The notes beneath the pieces are model-generated. The model worked only from the letters and a program-made list of their open reading frames with translations. It was not told the origin of the DNA and made no database searches. A stretch of 64,000 nucleotides of DNA from Octopus sinensis. Lineage: Eukaryota. Below are positions 25,741-36,442 of the stretch, piece by piece. A program made the translations under genes and the position numbers. The DNA lies in contig NC_043020.1 in the NCBI RefSeq assembly GCF_006345805.1, forward strand, positions 28,644,001 to 28,708,000, read 5' to 3'. The stretch's first letter is position 1, and the number at the start of each line of letters is the position of its first letter.

Positions 25741-26278
25741 GTTATCCAGGGACCTGCACCAGTTTCTGATCTGATTTGGCAAGGTTTCTACAGCTGGACA
25801 CCCTTCCTAACGCCAACCACTCCAAGAGTGTAGTGGGTGCTTTTTACGTGCCACCAGCACAGGTGACATTGACCTGACACTAGCATTGGCCGCAACTACA
25901 GTCTTACTTGACTCGACAGGTCAACACAAGGACGGTATATCACCCATGGTTTTGGCCACCTGTCACTGCCTCTCCACAAAGGCCCAACACTCGAACGATG
26001 CTTTTTATGTGCTACCATTATTATTTACTCCAGAAAATTAGATTTGAATTTATTTAATTGTTCTTCTATTTCATTGTTGTATATTTGTCTGTCTGTTTTA
26101 TAGTTTTATAACTCTGGTGACTGTTCGTTTGTTATGCTGTAAACCTGCCTGGTTGTCTTCCAGTCATGTGTGACCCCAGTAGCCGTCTTACTTGTATATC
26201 TATAAACTCTACATGTTGTGTGTGTGCAAGAGAGAGAGATAGACCATTATCATGATGTTCCAAAACTCTGTGTTTCAG

Positions 26279-26366
26279 ATTCTCCAAGAAGTCCTCAAAC
26301 CAGAACAGTTGAAACTGCTGCAAAAGATGAAAATGGGAAAAGTTCTAAAGAAGATGCACTTTGGAG
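26279..26366 (+). CDS. PPP6R3: PPP6R3 exon (SPRSPQTRTVETAAKDENGKSSKEDALW)
   Basis: ttcag/gtacaa; phase 1-2 keeps the frame open; low-complexity tail, so homology support is weak. Confidence 0.8.
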
Positions 26367-27788
26367 GTACAACTTTGATGAACACATCCTTCTATTTCTT
26401 TTTTTCATTTTTTTTAATTACTTTTTCCAGTCATTGGATTGCGGCCATGCTGGGGCATCACCTTGAAGGAAATCAGTCAAACAGACCCCATCTCTGTACT
26501 TTAGTTTTACATCTGGTACTTATTCTGTTGGGCCTTTTTTTTGACAAACCGCTAATTTAGATGGATGTAAACAAACCAAAATTGGATGCCAAGCTGGAGG
26601 TGCGGTACAAACACAGACACACATCCATCCATCCATCAATCAATCATTGAACTTCCATGTTCCATACTGGCATGGGTTGGATGGTTTGACAGGATCCAAT
26701 GGGTCTAAGGACTGCATCATGCTCCAGGGTCTGCTCCGGCAGGGTTTCTACAGCTGGATCCCCTTCCTAATGCCAACCACTTTACAGCATATACTGAGCA
26801 CCTTTTGTGTCCCCAGCACTAGTGAAGCCATCATGCAGTTTGAAAGAGTACACCATCACCCCTTAGATGGGGCTGGGGCAAATTTGTGCTTGGAGATGAC
26901 GGGCAAAAATATGAGAGAAAGGACCAGGGCATAACAGGTGTCTTGCTGTTGAGGAAGTGCGTGACTACCTTCACACACATGACAGGCTTTCACTGTTTCT
27001 CTCAACCAAATTTAGTGACACAGCCCCACGGCTATAGTGGAGGATATGTACCTTAAGTGCCTTACTTTGGACTAAACCCAAAACCACATGGTTGCAAAGA
27101 AAGCTTCTTAATCACCCTCCATTTCTTTTATCCTTGACATTTTGTCATAAATGGATTGAATGAGAAAATCTTTACCCAGATATTTTGAAATATAGACCCT
27201 TCAGTCAAGGAGAGCTTGTTTAGTGCCAGATGCCTCGATAAAATTCAATCTATGCATTCACTGGTTTATGGGGAAGCTGGGGGCAGCTTGTTTTGTTACT
27301 TAAGCTTTTCCTAACACCAACTGTTTTGCAATGTATAAGAGACCCCCTTTGGTCGTGAATGACTATGGGATTGCACTTAGGAAGTTCCCCTCCAAGGCAC
27401 AAGTCCGGGCAAGGTTGTTTATGGAAGACCAGCAGTCACCCATGCATACCAACCTCCCTTCTTCATGCAACTGATGTTATCCAAGGGAATGGCAAAGGGG
27501 CCGATAGAGCTTGACACCAGTAATGTCGCAACTCATTTTTACAGTTGAGTGAACTGGAACAATGTGAAATAAATTGTTTTGATCAATAACACAACACACA
27601 GCCCAGTCCGGGAATCGAACTCACTACCTCATGATTGTGAGCCCAATGCTCTGACCACTGATCTATGTACTGGGTGTTTTTTTTTTAGGGTAGTTTCTGG
27701 TGATGTTGGCTGTAGTGTTCTAGTACTGGTAATTTCATATTTGTATTTTAAAATGTTTGGTTTTTTTTTTTGTCTTTTTTTTTAACAG

Positions 27789-27935
27789 TGGTGATACCAA
27801 AAAAAATGTTACCAATAAAGAATGGTCTAAAGATGACAGCAGTCAATCTGATAGCAACCAGTCAGCTAACTCAGACCAAACTGCTTCAAGTGACGACGCT
27901 GAGGCAGAAAAAGTAGTAAACTGTTCACAAGAAAG
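27789..27935 (+). CDS. PPP6R3: PPP6R3 exon (GDTKKNVTNKEWSKDDSSQSDSNQ...CSQE)
   Basis: aacag/gtatag; phase 2-2; open S/D-rich frame. Confidence 0.82.
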
Positions 27936-28149
27936 GTATAGTCATCTCCAGTTTGTTAGGATAATGAGTAATGATGAGCTTCTGAAAGTACAAATTGTGA
28001 CTCCCTTCACTTCCCTCACCCCATGTTCTGTGACGTTGTATATTAGCACCTGAACCATTCTCTGCACTATTTAGACTGGTGTTGTTTTACATTTTAGACC
28101 TTGAGATCCAAGTCTAGAACATTACAGAACAAATTTTAAACCACCACAA

Positions 28150-28183
<34 letters not shown>

Positions 28184-29869
28184 TATGTACCTATGTATGT
28201 ACACTAGAGGTGGTGGAATAGCAAAGAGACCCTATACCCAACACCAAATCATATCCAACTCTAAGAAAATGAATTGCTCTGTGATAAGTCTTCTCACAAT
28301 AATTATATGTATCCTCGTTTATTATCGTTAACATCCCCTTTGCTTGCTTGCAAGGGTCAAACAATTTATTGAGGCAGATTTTCTATGACTGAATGAATAC
28401 CCTCCCTGTTTCCAAGCAAGATAATCTTTCCCCAGGGCCAGACATGTTTTCCACGGAAGACTGGAAACTAACTACACTGCCTGTATGACAGGGATGCTCG
28501 TTTACAACCATTACACGATGTCAAGACAAAGGTACACCCAAACATATACACCCACATGTATATGTGCACACATACATACATGACCGGTTTCTCTCGGCTT
28601 TCATTTACTTCATTCACTCACAAGGCTTTGGTTGGCCTTGGGCTTTAGTAGAAGATACTTGAGCCCAAGGTACCACACACTGGACTGTACGTGACTGAGA
28701 CCACATGGTTGATAAGCAAGTTTCCTAACCACACAGCCACTTCTCTACTATCCCTGATTATATAGTGTGGCTGTTTCAGATTTTCCAAATCTTCATTCCC
28801 TCCTTTTTTTGTTAAAGGCCTACTCCAGAATATCTTTTTCTCTTTATTATTAGTTTTATTATTCATTAACCAGTCATGGATGTGTGGTTACAAAGTTCAC
28901 TTTTTAACTGCAATGTTATGAGGAAGCCATTAGTATAAAGAGGGGAAGATGTTGGAGAAATTTTGGAGCCTTGTGGAGTTTATACTGTGGATCGGCAGCC
29001 TCGATGAACCGGTTTTGTTAAGAAATTTTTGACATAAGAGTTGGACAACAGCCGGAGCTAATAACCAGAGAGGTGGGGGTGAGTGGGGAGTGATACAGCA
29101 GCCTCTGTTAAGAAGTCTTTCTCCTTTATCTCACCTGTGTAGCACAGGTGAGATTGTTGACAAAAACAACAGAGCAAGAATCTGTGTTTACCACAAGACA
29201 GGTTGAGTGATTCTTCCAAGAGCGATTCCAAATGGTCAGAGGATTATTTTAAACTGGCAAATAAGGATTAAAACGTCCCTTTTTTTTTTTAAGGGTACGT
29301 TATATTTTTGTAGCAGCACTAGTCGTCATCTGACAGGACTCAGTCCGCTGTATATTGCCCTTGTTGTTTTTCAATTTTCAACAGTTTTCTGTTTCTTTCA
29401 TTAATTATTCTTCCTCTTATCCCCTAAGGCTATCCATCTGACCAACATAGCCACTCAACACAATTTCAAATATTTTAAAAATAGATATATGTTTTTGTCA
29501 CTTTTCCTTCTACATTTTATCATTATTTTCCTTAATGAAGTAACTCCATCTAAGTGTCTGTTTGTCTTTAAGTCAAACCATAATTTCTGTGCAAATAATC
29601 TCCCTGTAATCACTTACTGATGGAAAGCTAGTGGCGTTCGTTAGCATTTTGTAGTAATCTATTGATGGATTTGGAGGTTTCATATTTCAAAATCATTATG
29701 ACAATCACCTCATTAGTTAATTACAAACATAAAGCCCAACATTCTGTGTCTCAGGAAATCTTTTGCTCATGATTGCAGTATTTCTTTCTTTCTTTTTCTT
29801 TTTTTTTTTCTTCTCTTCACTCAGCATTGAGTCAAGATAGCTTTTCTTTTTCTCTCCTTCCGAATAAAG

Positions 29870-29911
29870 GTTACATTTTGAAACTGATGAAGAGCTTTAT
29901 CAGAATTTTAA
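29870..29911 (+). CDS. PPP6R3: Candidate 42-nt cassette exon of PPP6R3 (RLHFETDEELYQNF)
   Basis: pyrimidine tract + ataaag acceptor, gtgagt donor; open in the required phase 2-2. Confidence 0.5.
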
Positions 29912-30348
29912 GTGAGTTTTCCTCTTTGAAAGCTTCCGCTGACTGCACCGTTCTTTTAGGTGCAAACTGCTTCTCCTGCACTGCTTTCGGCTGGCACCAT
30001 TCGACCGGTTACAATCCAGACAGGACAACCTGTCTGACTTGTTCATTTCTTTGTTTTCGCATTCTTTATTTGAAATTCATATCAGATTTATACAAATATT
30101 ATTTCCCCATGGATTTTAATGTCTTTTTAAAAATTGCTTTTCAACATGAGTCTAGTTCCTCTTCTATGACAATCTACACAAGCTTTTAGCTTCAAAGATG
30201 TAGCTTTTATATACTAATATGCTCTGTTGTAATGAATTTAGTTGTTCATTCTCAGACTTAATTGTAATCTTTTGGAGTGATTTCTTCCCTGACGTGTGGT
30301 TCCCTCTTGACTAACGAGTTACACCTGATACTACTGTTTCCTCTTCAG

Positions 30349-30369
30349 TTGTATCCCGCTCTGCCATTG
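30349..30369 (+). CDS. PPP6R3: Candidate 21-nt microexon of PPP6R3 (reads S-CIPLCH-C across junctions)
   Basis: TGACTAAC branch point at 30308-30315, ctcttcag acceptor, gtaatt donor; length divisible by 3. Confidence 0.45.
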
Positions 30370-30933
30370 GTAATTCACTGCTAATATTTTGGGTTTGTGG
30401 TGGGGTGAGCAGAAACTGTAACACAGTTTTAATCCCCGATTTCTTTGTTTTGATAATGTTTTTGAGAAATTCTTCAATATTGCATTTTTACTTACATCTC
30501 CCAAAATACAGAGCCTTTTGTGCCTACTCAATTTGGTTTCAAGAAGAAAAGAAAAGAGAAAAAAAAACATTGAGGTTGATCTGACTGTAGTCAGTAAGTG
30601 CAAAGTGTTCTAAAACGCCTCTAATAGCTTAGGATTTGTGACATGATGATTTTAAATTTGAAAAAAACCCCAAAAAAACGAACACATGATATTCATCATC
30701 ATCGTTTAACGTCCGTTCTCCATGCTAGCATGGGTTGGACGGTTCGACCGGGGTCTGGGAAGCCAGGGGCTGCACCAGGCTCCAGTCTGATCTGGCAATG
30801 TTTCTACAACTGGATGTCCTTCCTAACGCCAACCACTCCGCGAGTGTAGTGGGTGCTTTTTACGTGACACCGGCACCTGTGCCAGGGGTGTCTGGCATTG
30901 GCCACGATCGGTTGGTGCTTTTGACATGCCACC

Positions 30934-32340
30934 GACACGGAAGCCAGTCAAGGCGGCACTGGCATCGGCCACGTTCGGATGGTGCTTTTTATGTGCCACC
31001 GGCATGGAAGCCAGTGGGGGCGGCGCTGGCATCGGCCACGTTTGGATGGTGCTTTTTATGTGCCACCGGCACAGAAGCCAGTCGAGGCGGCACTGGCATC
31101 GGCCACGTTCGGATGGTGCTTTTTATGTGCCACCGGCACAGAAGCCAGTCGAGGCGGCGCTGGCATCGGTCACGTTTGGATGGTGCTTTTTATGTGCCAC
31201 CGGCACAGAAGCCAGTCGAGGCGGAACTGGCATCGGCCACGTTCGGATGGTGCTTTTTATGTGCCACCGGCACAGAAGCCAGTCGGGGCGGCGCTGGCAT
31301 CGGCCACGTTTGGATGGTGCTTTTTATGTGCCACCAGCACAGAAGCCAGTCGAGGCGGCGCTGGCATTGGCCACGTTCGGATGGGGCCTTTTATGTGCCA
31401 CCGGCACGGAAGCCAGTCGGGGCGGCGCTGGCATCGGCCACGTTCGGATGGTGCTTTTTATGTGCCACCAGCACAGAAGCCAGTCGAGGCGGCGCTGGCA
31501 TCGGCCATGTTTGGATGGTGCTTTTTATGTGCCACCAGCACAGACGCCAGTCGAGGCGGCACTGGCATCGGCCACGTTCGGATGGTGCTTTTTATGTGCC
31601 ACCGGCACAGAAGCCAGTCGAGGCGGCGCTGGCATCGGCCACGTTTGGATGGTGCTTTTTATGTGCCACCAGCACAGAAGCCAGTCGAGGCGGCGCTGGC
31701 ATTGGCCACGTTCGGATGGGGCCTTTTATGTGCCACCGGCACGGAAGCCATTCGGGGCGGCGCTGGCATCGGCTACGTTCGGATGGTGCTTTTTATGTGC
31801 CACCGGCACAGAAGCCAGTCGAGGCGGCGCTGGCATCGGCCACGTTTGGATGGTGCTTTTTATGTGCCACCAGCACAGAAGCCAGTCGGGGCGGCGCTGG
31901 CATCGGCCACGTTCGGATGGTGCTTTTTATGTGCCACCGGCACAGAAGCCAGTCGAGGCGGCACTGGCATCGGCCACGTTCGGATGGTGCTTTTTATGTG
32001 CCACCAGCACAGAAGCCAGTCGAGGCGGCGCTGGCATCGGCCACGTTCGGATGGTGCTTTTTATGTGCCACCAGCACAGAAGCCAGTCGGGGCGGCGCTG
32101 GCATCGGCCACGTTCGGATGGTGCTTTTTATGTGCCACCAGCACAGAAGCCAGTCGAGGCGGCACTGGCATCGGCCACGTTCGGATGGTGCTTTTTATGT
32201 GCCACCGGCACAGAAGCCAGTCGAGGCGGCACTGGCATCGGCCACGTTCGGATGGTGCTTTTTATGTGCCACCAGCACAGAAGCCAGTCGGGGCGGCGCT
32301 GGCATCGGCCACGTTCGGATGGTGCTTTTTATGTGCCACC
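30934..32340. repeat. Minisatellite, 21 tandem copies of a 67-bp GC-rich unit derived from the interior of repeat family B
   Basis: unit GGCACAGAAGCCAGTCGAGGCGGCGCTGGCATCGGCCACGTTCGGATGGTGCTTTTTATGTGCCACC; 1407 bp = 21 x 67; explains the three overlapping 500+ aa ORFs. Confidence 0.95.
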
Positions 32341-33358
32341 AGCACAGGTATCACAACTACTATTTCCATTGATATTTATTTCGATGTTCATGTACTTGAC
32401 TCAACAGGTCTCCTCAAGCACAGCGGGATGTTCTGGAATCCAAGGTACTTTGAATGGGCAGGGGCTATGCGGGGCTGGGACATTGATAAGGAATATTAAA
32501 AACTTTCAAAAAAAAAACTTTTTAAAATGAATGTGCTGCTTTGTGCATGTCGGTGTGCTTTTGATGTGCAACTGTGCTGGTGAATGCATGTGGCAATATC
32601 TTTTAATGTTTTCCAATTTCAATGTGCAAACCTCTTCATCATGTGCAAGTCTTTTTGTTTCTAATAATTAAAAATTGTTCTCTCTATATTCATCTGCAAT
32701 GATAAACAAGTGCTCCAAAGGTCACTCTCTCTCCATTAATCATTGGCCTTTGGCATAGATACCTGTAGCTTTCCATTCCTTTATTTTCGGTAAGATTGCT
32801 TTTTTGCCTTGTTGTTACCAATTGCACACCTTCCTGCATTTTAGTACTCGTTCAGAGTCTGTATCAAATACGCATGACAAAGGCTGCTGCCATTTCTTTT
32901 TCTTTCCACAACTTAAAACGGTTGTCTTCATGTACTTTGATCTAGATATATATTTTACATTTGCTTTATACATTTATATATTTCTTTATTGCCCACAAGG
33001 GGCCAAACACAGAGGGGACAAACAAGGACAGACAAAGGGATTAAGTCGATTACATTGACCCAAGTGCGAAACTGGTACTTTATTTATTGACCCCGAAAGG
33101 ATGAAAGGCAAAGTCGACTTCAGCGGGATTTGAACTCAGAACGTAACGACAGACGAAATACTGCTAAGCATTTATAATTGAACCTTAAAGGCTATCACTA
33201 CACTTCTCTCTTGGTGTAGATATTGACTGCTTTTTGTATTTTCAGTCATCCTCATCATTTAACATCCTTTTTGTCTCCCCCTCATGATGCTGGCATGGGT
33301 TTCACAGTTTGACAGGAACCGACAAGCCAGGGAGCTGTGCTGAGCACCACTGTCTGTT

Positions 33359-33610
33359 TGATAGAGCTTTTCAGAATGACCCCGCAGCCAATGCTCTGGA
33401 GCAGGAGTGAAGAACAGCTCTTTCGAGAGGTTACACTTTCCGCTTCTGATGTTGTGAACTAGAATGAGATCACCACGGCGGCGGCGTTTTTCTAGAGAAT
33501 AAAGGTCGAGCGTCTTCAGCCTTTCTTCATAAGACAAATGCTTGAGACCAAGAACCATGCGGGTAGCCAGCTTCTGGACTCTTTCGAGATGCTGTATGCA
33601 TTAATGAGGT
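33359..33610 (-). mobile_element. CR1/L2-clade LINE fragment (post-RT C-terminal region)
   Basis: HLERVQKLATRMVLGLKHLSYEERLKTLDLYSLEKRRRRGDLI...LRGHSEKL. Confidence 0.9.
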
Positions 33611-34338
33611 CACCAAGTACTCATGAGTATTAAGTTTAAATAATTAAAGTTTTGCTTAATTTCCAATCTTACCTCAGACAATGAAATAGCGAGAGGTTGA
33701 CAAAACGAGTTTTCGTACTTAGCTGGAAAAAAAAAAAGCTGGGGTTGAGTTTGGGAAAAGCTGGCATCCTCACCCCATGAAACAAATATAGGGGGGATTG
33801 TTCTGTATATTGATGCAACTGCAATAATAATTCAAAAGAGCAATTTAGAGACCTTGATTACAATTGATAAATAATATATCTAGCACCACTTTGCTTTTAA
33901 AGCAGTCTCAAAGAAAGCTTTGATTTTCTTAATTCTTGTATGAAATTCAAACTTGAAATTTGAAGGATTTCCCATTTCAGCAAAATGTAAGAAAATGTGA
34001 CATATTTCTGTAGTTTCGTTCATGACTTCTCTTTCTTCTTAAAATATCAATATTTATCAATGATTGTTAAAACCCTTTTTTTTTTGTAATTTAAACACAT
34101 TTTTCAAATAAACCAGATGTAGCTATCAAAATTTTCCTGATAAAGTTAGTTTCTCTTTTGGCTTATTTTTCCTTTCTCTTTTGATCCTGCCTTGATTCTC
34201 TATTAATGGTTTGGAACCACTTCCAGCATTACCTAACAAACAAACAAACAAACAAACAAAAGCAACTAACATTGTTGTATCATTTTTTAAAAAAATGTTT
34301 TTCTATTCACGTGATCTTTGTATGTTTTTCTATTTCAG

Positions 34339-34683
34339 TTTTCTGAGTTCAGCTGGTCTTATTAAACCAAGTAATTTTGAAGAGGCTTCTTCCTCTTCTT
34401 CTTCTACCACCGTTGTTCCCAGTGTATCCACAACAGAAAGTTCATCCTGTGTGTCTACAACAGAATGTTCCAGTGTTGCTACATCAGAATGTTCTGGTGT
34501 TTCTACAACGGATTGTTCTAGTGTTGCTACAACAAGTGTTTCTACTGCCAGTAATGATAAAGACCCAGAAGGAGTTAGTGAAGATAAATCCAAGTCTAAC
34601 GATGATTCTGTTGCCAAGTCCACCACTTCCAATTCAGATGGCAACAGTGAATCTTCCAAATCTAATTTGATAGAAAATGTCAG
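34339..34683 (+). CDS. PPP6R3: PPP6R3 penultimate exon, Ser/Thr-rich, with internal 8-aa repeats
   Basis: ttcag/gtaatt; 345 nt, phase 2-2, open frame FLSSAGLIKP...LIENV. Confidence 0.88.
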
Positions 34684-35586
34684 GTAATTAATTATAAGTT
34701 TGCATGGTGTCAGGAGAGTCCTCTTCATGAGGCATCTCCTCAACCACTCTCACCCACCCCCATATGTAATAGGGGTTAGCTATATATCTCCTCTCTAGCG
34801 ACATGCCTGTGTTTTTCTTTTTCAACATCCAGCATCCATCTGTAGAAAATCTGCCTCAATGAATTCTGTTGCCTCACTAGCACTTGTGCTGGTGACATGT
34901 GAAGCATTCAAGCGAGGTCATCGCCAGTACCACTGGACTGGCTCCTGTGCAGGTGGCACAGAAAAAGCACCATTTGGGCATGGCCGTTGCCAGTTCCACC
35001 AAACTGGCCCTCGTGCCGGTGGCATGCACTCGGAGTGGTTGGTGTTAGGAAGGGCATCCAGCTGTAGAAACTCTGCCAGATCAGATTGGAGTCTGGTTCG
35101 CCAGACCTCAGTCAAATCGTCCAACCCATGCTAGCATGGAAAGCGGACGTTAAACGATGATGATGATGATGATGCTTGCATAGGAAAGTGGATGTTAAAA
35201 CGATGATGATGTTGTTTTACTGGATCCAACTCATGATGGTAACCAAAGGGTTGACAGGAAGAAAGAGAGAGAAATATTTGATGGAACTTTAGCTTAAACA
35301 GTAGCAAATCGGAAGAATTATTCCTTGTTGCACCTGACGAAATGCTGAGCTGCATTTCTTCCTGTTCTTTACATTGAGAGTTCAAATTCTGCTGAGGTCA
35401 GCTTTGTCTTTCATCCTTTCAGGGGTGGGGCGGGGCAATAAAACAGGTACCTGCTGAATAACCGAGTTGATGTAATCAACATTCCCCTCTCCCTTCAGAA
35501 TTGCTGGCCTTGTACTGGAATTAGAATTATTTAGCTTAACCCTTTGGCATTCAGATTTCTTACTGAAATATAATGCTTATTCACAT

Positions 35587-35966
35587 TACTCTTTACTCTT
35601 TTACTTGTTTCAGTCATTTGACTGCGGCCATGCTGGAGCACCGCCTTTAGTCGAGCAAATCGACCCCAGGACTTATTCTTTGTAAGCCTAGTACTTATTC
35701 TATCGGTCTCTTTTGCCGAACCGCTAAGTTACGGGGACGTAAACACACCAGCATCGGTTGTCAAGCGATGGTGGGAGGGACAGACAGACACACACATACA
35801 TATATACGACAGGCTTCTTTCAGTTTCCGTCTACCAAATCCACTCACAAGGCTTTGGTCAGCCCGAGGCTATAGTAAAAGACACTTGCCCAAGGTGCCAC
35901 GCAGTGGGATTGAACCCGGAACCATGTGGTTGGTAAGCAAGCTACTTACCACACAGCCACTCCTGT
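35587..35966 (-). mobile_element. SINE family A copy inserted in a TTAA MITE
   Basis: full-length match to the other copies; MITE sequence continues on both sides. Confidence 0.85.
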
Positions 35967-36087
35967 GCATTGTTTGGAATTAATTCTGCATTGTCTTTTA
36001 GCTTCAAGATTTCAATGATGTGACTGTATATTTTTAGAATGACATTGTAGGGTAGGTGTGAGAGGTTGGAGCTGGTCAGTTTAGGGG

Positions 36088-36285
36088 TTTTCTCCGTCCG
36101 GGTTGCGGATCCGTGGAATAAGCTGCCAGACGAGATGGTGAAGATGCCGACGACCGCTTGGTTCAAAGTCTCCCTTGACCTCAAGTGGCCTGAACTCTTT
36201 ACATGAACACCACCCTGTACATAATTCCATCTCCCCCTACATGGCCTTGCTTTTTGCTTTTTGAGCCAAAAAATTAACTAACTAG
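36088..36285 (+). mobile_element. CR1 LINE 3' end with 3' UTR and (TAAC)n tail; sister fragment at about 63335-63487
   Basis: FSVRVADPWNKLPDEMVKMPTTAWFKVSLDLKW; the two copies share the 3' UTR. Confidence 0.85.
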
Positions 36286-36369
36286 TATAAAACACAGAGT
36301 ATTGCGGGGCCAGCTACGGCCGGTTTAGTTGCTAAAGGTTTAAACCTGTCCTGTCTTTCTGTTTTGCAG

Positions 36370-36442
36370 GTCTCAAGCGATTGAAGCCATGGAAAAATAC
36401 GAAAAGGCTATAACAGCATCAATGAAGAATGGACCAGTTTGA
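36370..36442 (+). CDS. PPP6R3: PPP6R3 last coding exon (SQAIEAMEKYEKAITASMKNGPV*)
   Basis: tgcag acceptor in phase 2; ends NGPV-stop like the recalled vertebrate PPP6R3 C-terminus. Confidence 0.9.

Larger units (their letters stand above)
35540..36338. mobile_element. TTAA-flanked MITE (second family) interrupted by a SINE and a CR1 3' fragment
   Basis: TTAA-CCCTTTGGCATT left end, TTGCTAAAGG-TTTAA right end; body matches 1-176, 47100-47260 and 63218-63583. Confidence 0.7.

Noticed and set aside
26164-26178. 15-nt in-frame microexon (IMCDP)
   Set aside because: The acceptor is acceptable but the donor GTAGCC is poor.
30544-30593. Exon ending at the gtaagt donor at 30594 (50 nt RKEKRKKNIEVDLTVV, or 3-nt TCA)
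   Set aside because: 50 nt breaks the frame with the next exon and the 3-nt version lacks a pyrimidine tract; left unresolved.
30934-32340. CRISPR-like array
   Set aside because: Units are contiguous near-identical repeats with no unique spacers, in a eukaryotic intron with no cas genes.
30735-32530. Three overlapping ORFs of 506-545 aa as a protein-coding gene
   Set aside because: They are a by-product of a stop-free 67-bp minisatellite inside an intronic repeat, with no gene structure.
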